From NCBI GenBank assembly GCA_964057225.1, contig OZ059896.1, forward strand, positions 17,670,001-17,734,000: a stretch of 64,000 bases of DNA, read 5' to 3'. Origin of the DNA: Auanema rhodensis (Eukaryota > Animalia > Nematoda). Position numbers and translations under genes: made by a program. Below are positions 58,078 through 64,000 of the stretch, piece by piece. How positions within the stretch are numbered: position 1 is the stretch's first letter; each line of letters begins with the position of its first letter. The notes below the pieces were generated by a model. The model made no database searches, was not told the DNA's origin, and saw nothing but the letters and a program-made list of their open reading frames with translations.

Positions 58078-58085
58078 TATTTCAG
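58078..58085 (+). promoter_or_regulatory. Candidate SL trans-splice acceptor (TTTCAG) of ILVBL
   Basis: TATTTCAG 7 nt before the ATG; no upstream exon of this gene was identified. Confidence 0.5.
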
Positions 58086-58092
58086 ACAGCAA

Positions 58093-60749
58093 ATGTTGCT
58101 TCTCATTCTATTTGGTGTTGGAACCTTTTTACTTCTATGGAAAATCTTTGATATCAGATCATTGGCTGAGCTCCAAAAGATTATTAGTTTAGTTCTTAGT
58201 AGCAATGGACAACATGTTTTATCCAATATTTTTAGGGTAATATTGTCTTTCTTTTTTTCATATTCAAATTTTTATTTTAAGGTCGAAGAGAAATCTAAAA
58301 GACATGGAGGAGAATTAGTCGCTTCAGTTCTGAAGGTATATATCCCTTATATACTTCTATGTTTTATTATTATTCTTTCGAGGCTCACGATGTTAAAGAA
58401 ATTTTTGTTTTATGTGGAGGACATATTTCACCTATTTTGGTAGCTTCTGAAAAACTCGGAATTAAAATCATCGATACGCGTCATGAGGTATGACTCATAT
58501 GATGACATAAGCGAAATAACCAATTTAATCTTGGCTCCTTCTAGGTTACTGCAGTCTTTGCTGCTGATTCTGTTGCTCGTTTGAGACAATCTATCGGAGT
58601 TGCTGGTATTTTTTCCCAATATTGTTATTTTCAGTGTAAATATGTCATTTAGCTGTAACTGCTGGCCCTGGATTAACAAATACCATCACTGCTGTTAAGA
58701 ATGCCCAAATGGCGGAGAGTCCATTACTTCTTATTGGTGGAGCTGCTCCAACTTTGTTGAAGGGACGTGGAGCTTTACAGGTTTTACTTTATACAATTTA
58801 AAAAGTAATATTCCATTGCAGGATATTGATCAAATGGTTCTTTTCCGTCCACTTTGCAAATACGCCGCACGTGTTGAACGTTTGAGGGATATTGTTCCTA
58901 TCCTCAGAGAGGCCATTCAGGTGTTTCCTGTGATTAATGGATGTTTTGTAATATAATTCCTCTAGGCTGCTACATCAGGATGTCCTGGACCCGTTTTCGT
59001 TGAATTCCCTGTAGATGTCTTATATCCTTATGAACTTGTTATGAAGGAAGTTGGACTTAATCCCAATGCCAAGGGTTTCATTCAGGTTATTTTGGATGCT
59101 GCAAGAAAATTATAAAATGAATTATTTTAGAAAGCCGTTAATCATTATCTCCGTTTCCATGTTTCTAGACAATTCGGCTCGGCTTGGGAAAAGCAAGATA
59201 TCACTCCAATCCCAAGCTCTATTCCTCTCCCTCAAGATATTCAAGTTAACCAAATCGCTGAGCTTGTTAAGAATGCTAAGAAGCCAGTTTTACTTATTGG
59301 AAGTCAAGCTACATTACCACCTGTGAAGCCCAATGATTTAGTTCAGGCTGTTCAGGTTTGTCAGTTTTTCTTTATTTGGTTCAATTTCATTTTTCAAGGA
59401 TCTTGGAATTCCATGTTATCTTGGAGGTATGGCTCGTGGTCTCCTCGGAAAAGATAGTGAAATCCAAATGAGACAAAATCGAAGAGATGCATTGAAGGAT
59501 GCTGATCTCACTATCTTAGCTGGTAAATCAGTATAGACAACTTTTTGAAATTTGTATGTTCCAGGTACTGTATGTGATTTCCGTCTTTCATACGGTCGTG
59601 TTTTATCGAAAAAATCAAAAATTGTTGCCATTAACAGAAACAAGGATCAATTAACTAAGGTAATCTTTTGTGATAAATAAATTATATTCACATTAACATT
59701 TTTCAGAACGAGCAAACTTTCTGGAATTCTAATGTCTCTGTTCAAGCTGATGTAGCGTCAGTTTTAGTTGATGTTGCTAAGAAGGTTAAAGCCGTAAGTT
59801 ATAGATTTATGACATTTATCATTTTACGTGCGATTGCACTTTTTAGTCAGGATATAAAGTTCCCTCCGATTGGATTTCAAGCTTGAGACAAAAAGAAGAT
59901 ATGAAAGAAGCAGCTAATAAGAAAAAGATGGATGAGAACGTAAAGGGTGGATTGAATCCATTAAAGTTCTTGGCTGAGTTTGACAAAGTAAATTCATAAT
60001 TTGATTATTAATTGAGTCTAATCTCTTTTAGAGCCTTCCCGATAATGCAATATTAGTAGCTGATGGTGGAGACTTCGTAGGGTCAGCTGCTTATATTGTA
60101 AAACCTCGAGGACCACTTCAATGGCTTGACCCTGGAGCATTTGGAACGCTTGGTGTTGGAGGTGGTTTTGCCCTTGGAGCAAAGGTTACTATACTTCCTT
60201 GCCCTTTAGATTAATTACCAATTTTTAATAGGTTGTTCATCCTGACCGACCTGTTTATATCATTTGGGGTGATGGTTCATCAGGATATTCCCTCATGGAA
60301 TTTGATACTTTCAATAGATTTAAGCTTCCTGTCATCGGCAAGGCTTTAATATGATACAGCAACTCATCAAGTTTTTCTAGGTATCATTGGAAATGATGCC
60401 TGTTGGTCTCAGATTGCCCGTGAACAAGTGCCAATGTTTAATAGCAGTGTTGCAGTCGATTTAGCTGTAATGAAAACTTTATGCTTAGTTTAATATACAT
60501 GATTTACACCATTTAAGCGTACCAAATACGATGATGTAGCGAAGGCTCTTGGAGGTTGGGGAGTTACTGTTGATGAGAGTAATGCTCATGATATTCCTAG
60601 TGTGTTGAAGGAGGTGATTCATCTATGAGATAACTTCAGCTTATTTTGGAAATTTATAGGCTTTGAACCAATCCAGTCATGGAACTAGTGCTCTCCTCAA
60701 CGTTGTAATTGGAAAGACAGATTTCAGAGAAGGATCTATCTCTGTTTAA
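58093..60749 (+). CDS. ILVBL: Acetolactate synthase-like protein / 2-hydroxyacyl-CoA lyase 2 (TPP-dependent)
   Basis: N-terminal membrane anchor; [118 protein letters not shown]; TPP motif WGDGS...GNDA; C-terminal DFREGSISV*. Confidence 0.96.
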
Positions 60750-61002
60750 TAAGTTCAACTTGTTTTAACGAACTTTTAAAAGAAGATTCAAACTTATTTA
60801 TATTTTATTTTGAAAGTTTTATTATTATCCAATTTTTGAAGAGTTTATTTTACATAGTCGCATAGCATTTTTTATCTTCCAGTGCTGTTTTACTTGCCAG
60901 TTTTGTTTCCAGAAACTGTATATATATATATATACAAAAATATTTTTAAAGAATTTAAGGGTAATATGACACATTTCATTAATTCAATAAATCTTTTTTT
61001 AA

Positions 61003-63654
<2,652 letters not shown>

Positions 63655-64000
63655 GAAATTTTCTACGAAATGATAGAACTATCAGGAAGTGAGAAGCTGG
63701 TTTGAAAAGCTATATGAAGGTTGCACTTCCTGATAGATTCAAAAATCAATATTAAACTTTCAAAGCAGAAAAGAGAACTCTTGTTATTGAATAAAAGAAA
63801 ATTACAATTAAAAGAAACATCAAAAATATAATTTATATTGTATTCATAATACCAAGTATGTAATATTGAAACTTTTTTAAGACCGGAAATTCGATGTGAA
63901 AAAGAAAATAATCTAAGCAACATAGCACGAGAGATGTCCGAAGAACAATAATGAGTGCGAGAGAGAGAGAAAGAGAGAGAGAGGGGGGAGATAGTTGAAT

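Noticed and set aside
58093-60749. ILVBL as a horizontally acquired acetolactate synthase
   Set aside because: The N-terminal membrane anchor, the DFREGSISV ending and many introns fit the vertically inherited animal ILVBL/HACL2.

Overview
AT-rich nematode genomic DNA, consistent with a rhabditid (clade V-like) species. It has many 40-60 nt introns, TTTCAG-type acceptors next to start codons and very dense (GA)n/(AT)n microsatellites. I assembled 11 spliced genes by hand: an SSUH2/ssu-2 homolog (+), a double BED zinc-finger protein (-), a VGLL4-like two-Tondu-motif protein (-), a BPI/LBP-family lipid-binding protein (-), the astacin nas-13 (-) with a cuticle collagen nested antisense in one intron (+), two tandem Srt-class chemoreceptors (+) separated by an internally deleted mariner element, an astacin-EGF-CUB protease (-), ILVBL/HACL2 (+) and a copine (-). 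The first ~9.8 kb has no convincing coding sequence. Most notable observations: a MYC-like WDR5-binding motif and alternative first exons in the VGLL4-like gene; a 61-bp dispersed repeat attached to (GA)n tracts that coincides exactly with an ATG-to-TAA 17-codon ORF in both copies; gene-conversion tracts between the srt paralogs; two GC-AG introns; and an intronic 43-aa hydrophobic small ORF. Family assignments are from recalled motifs, not database searches. Internal exon coordinates are approximate.
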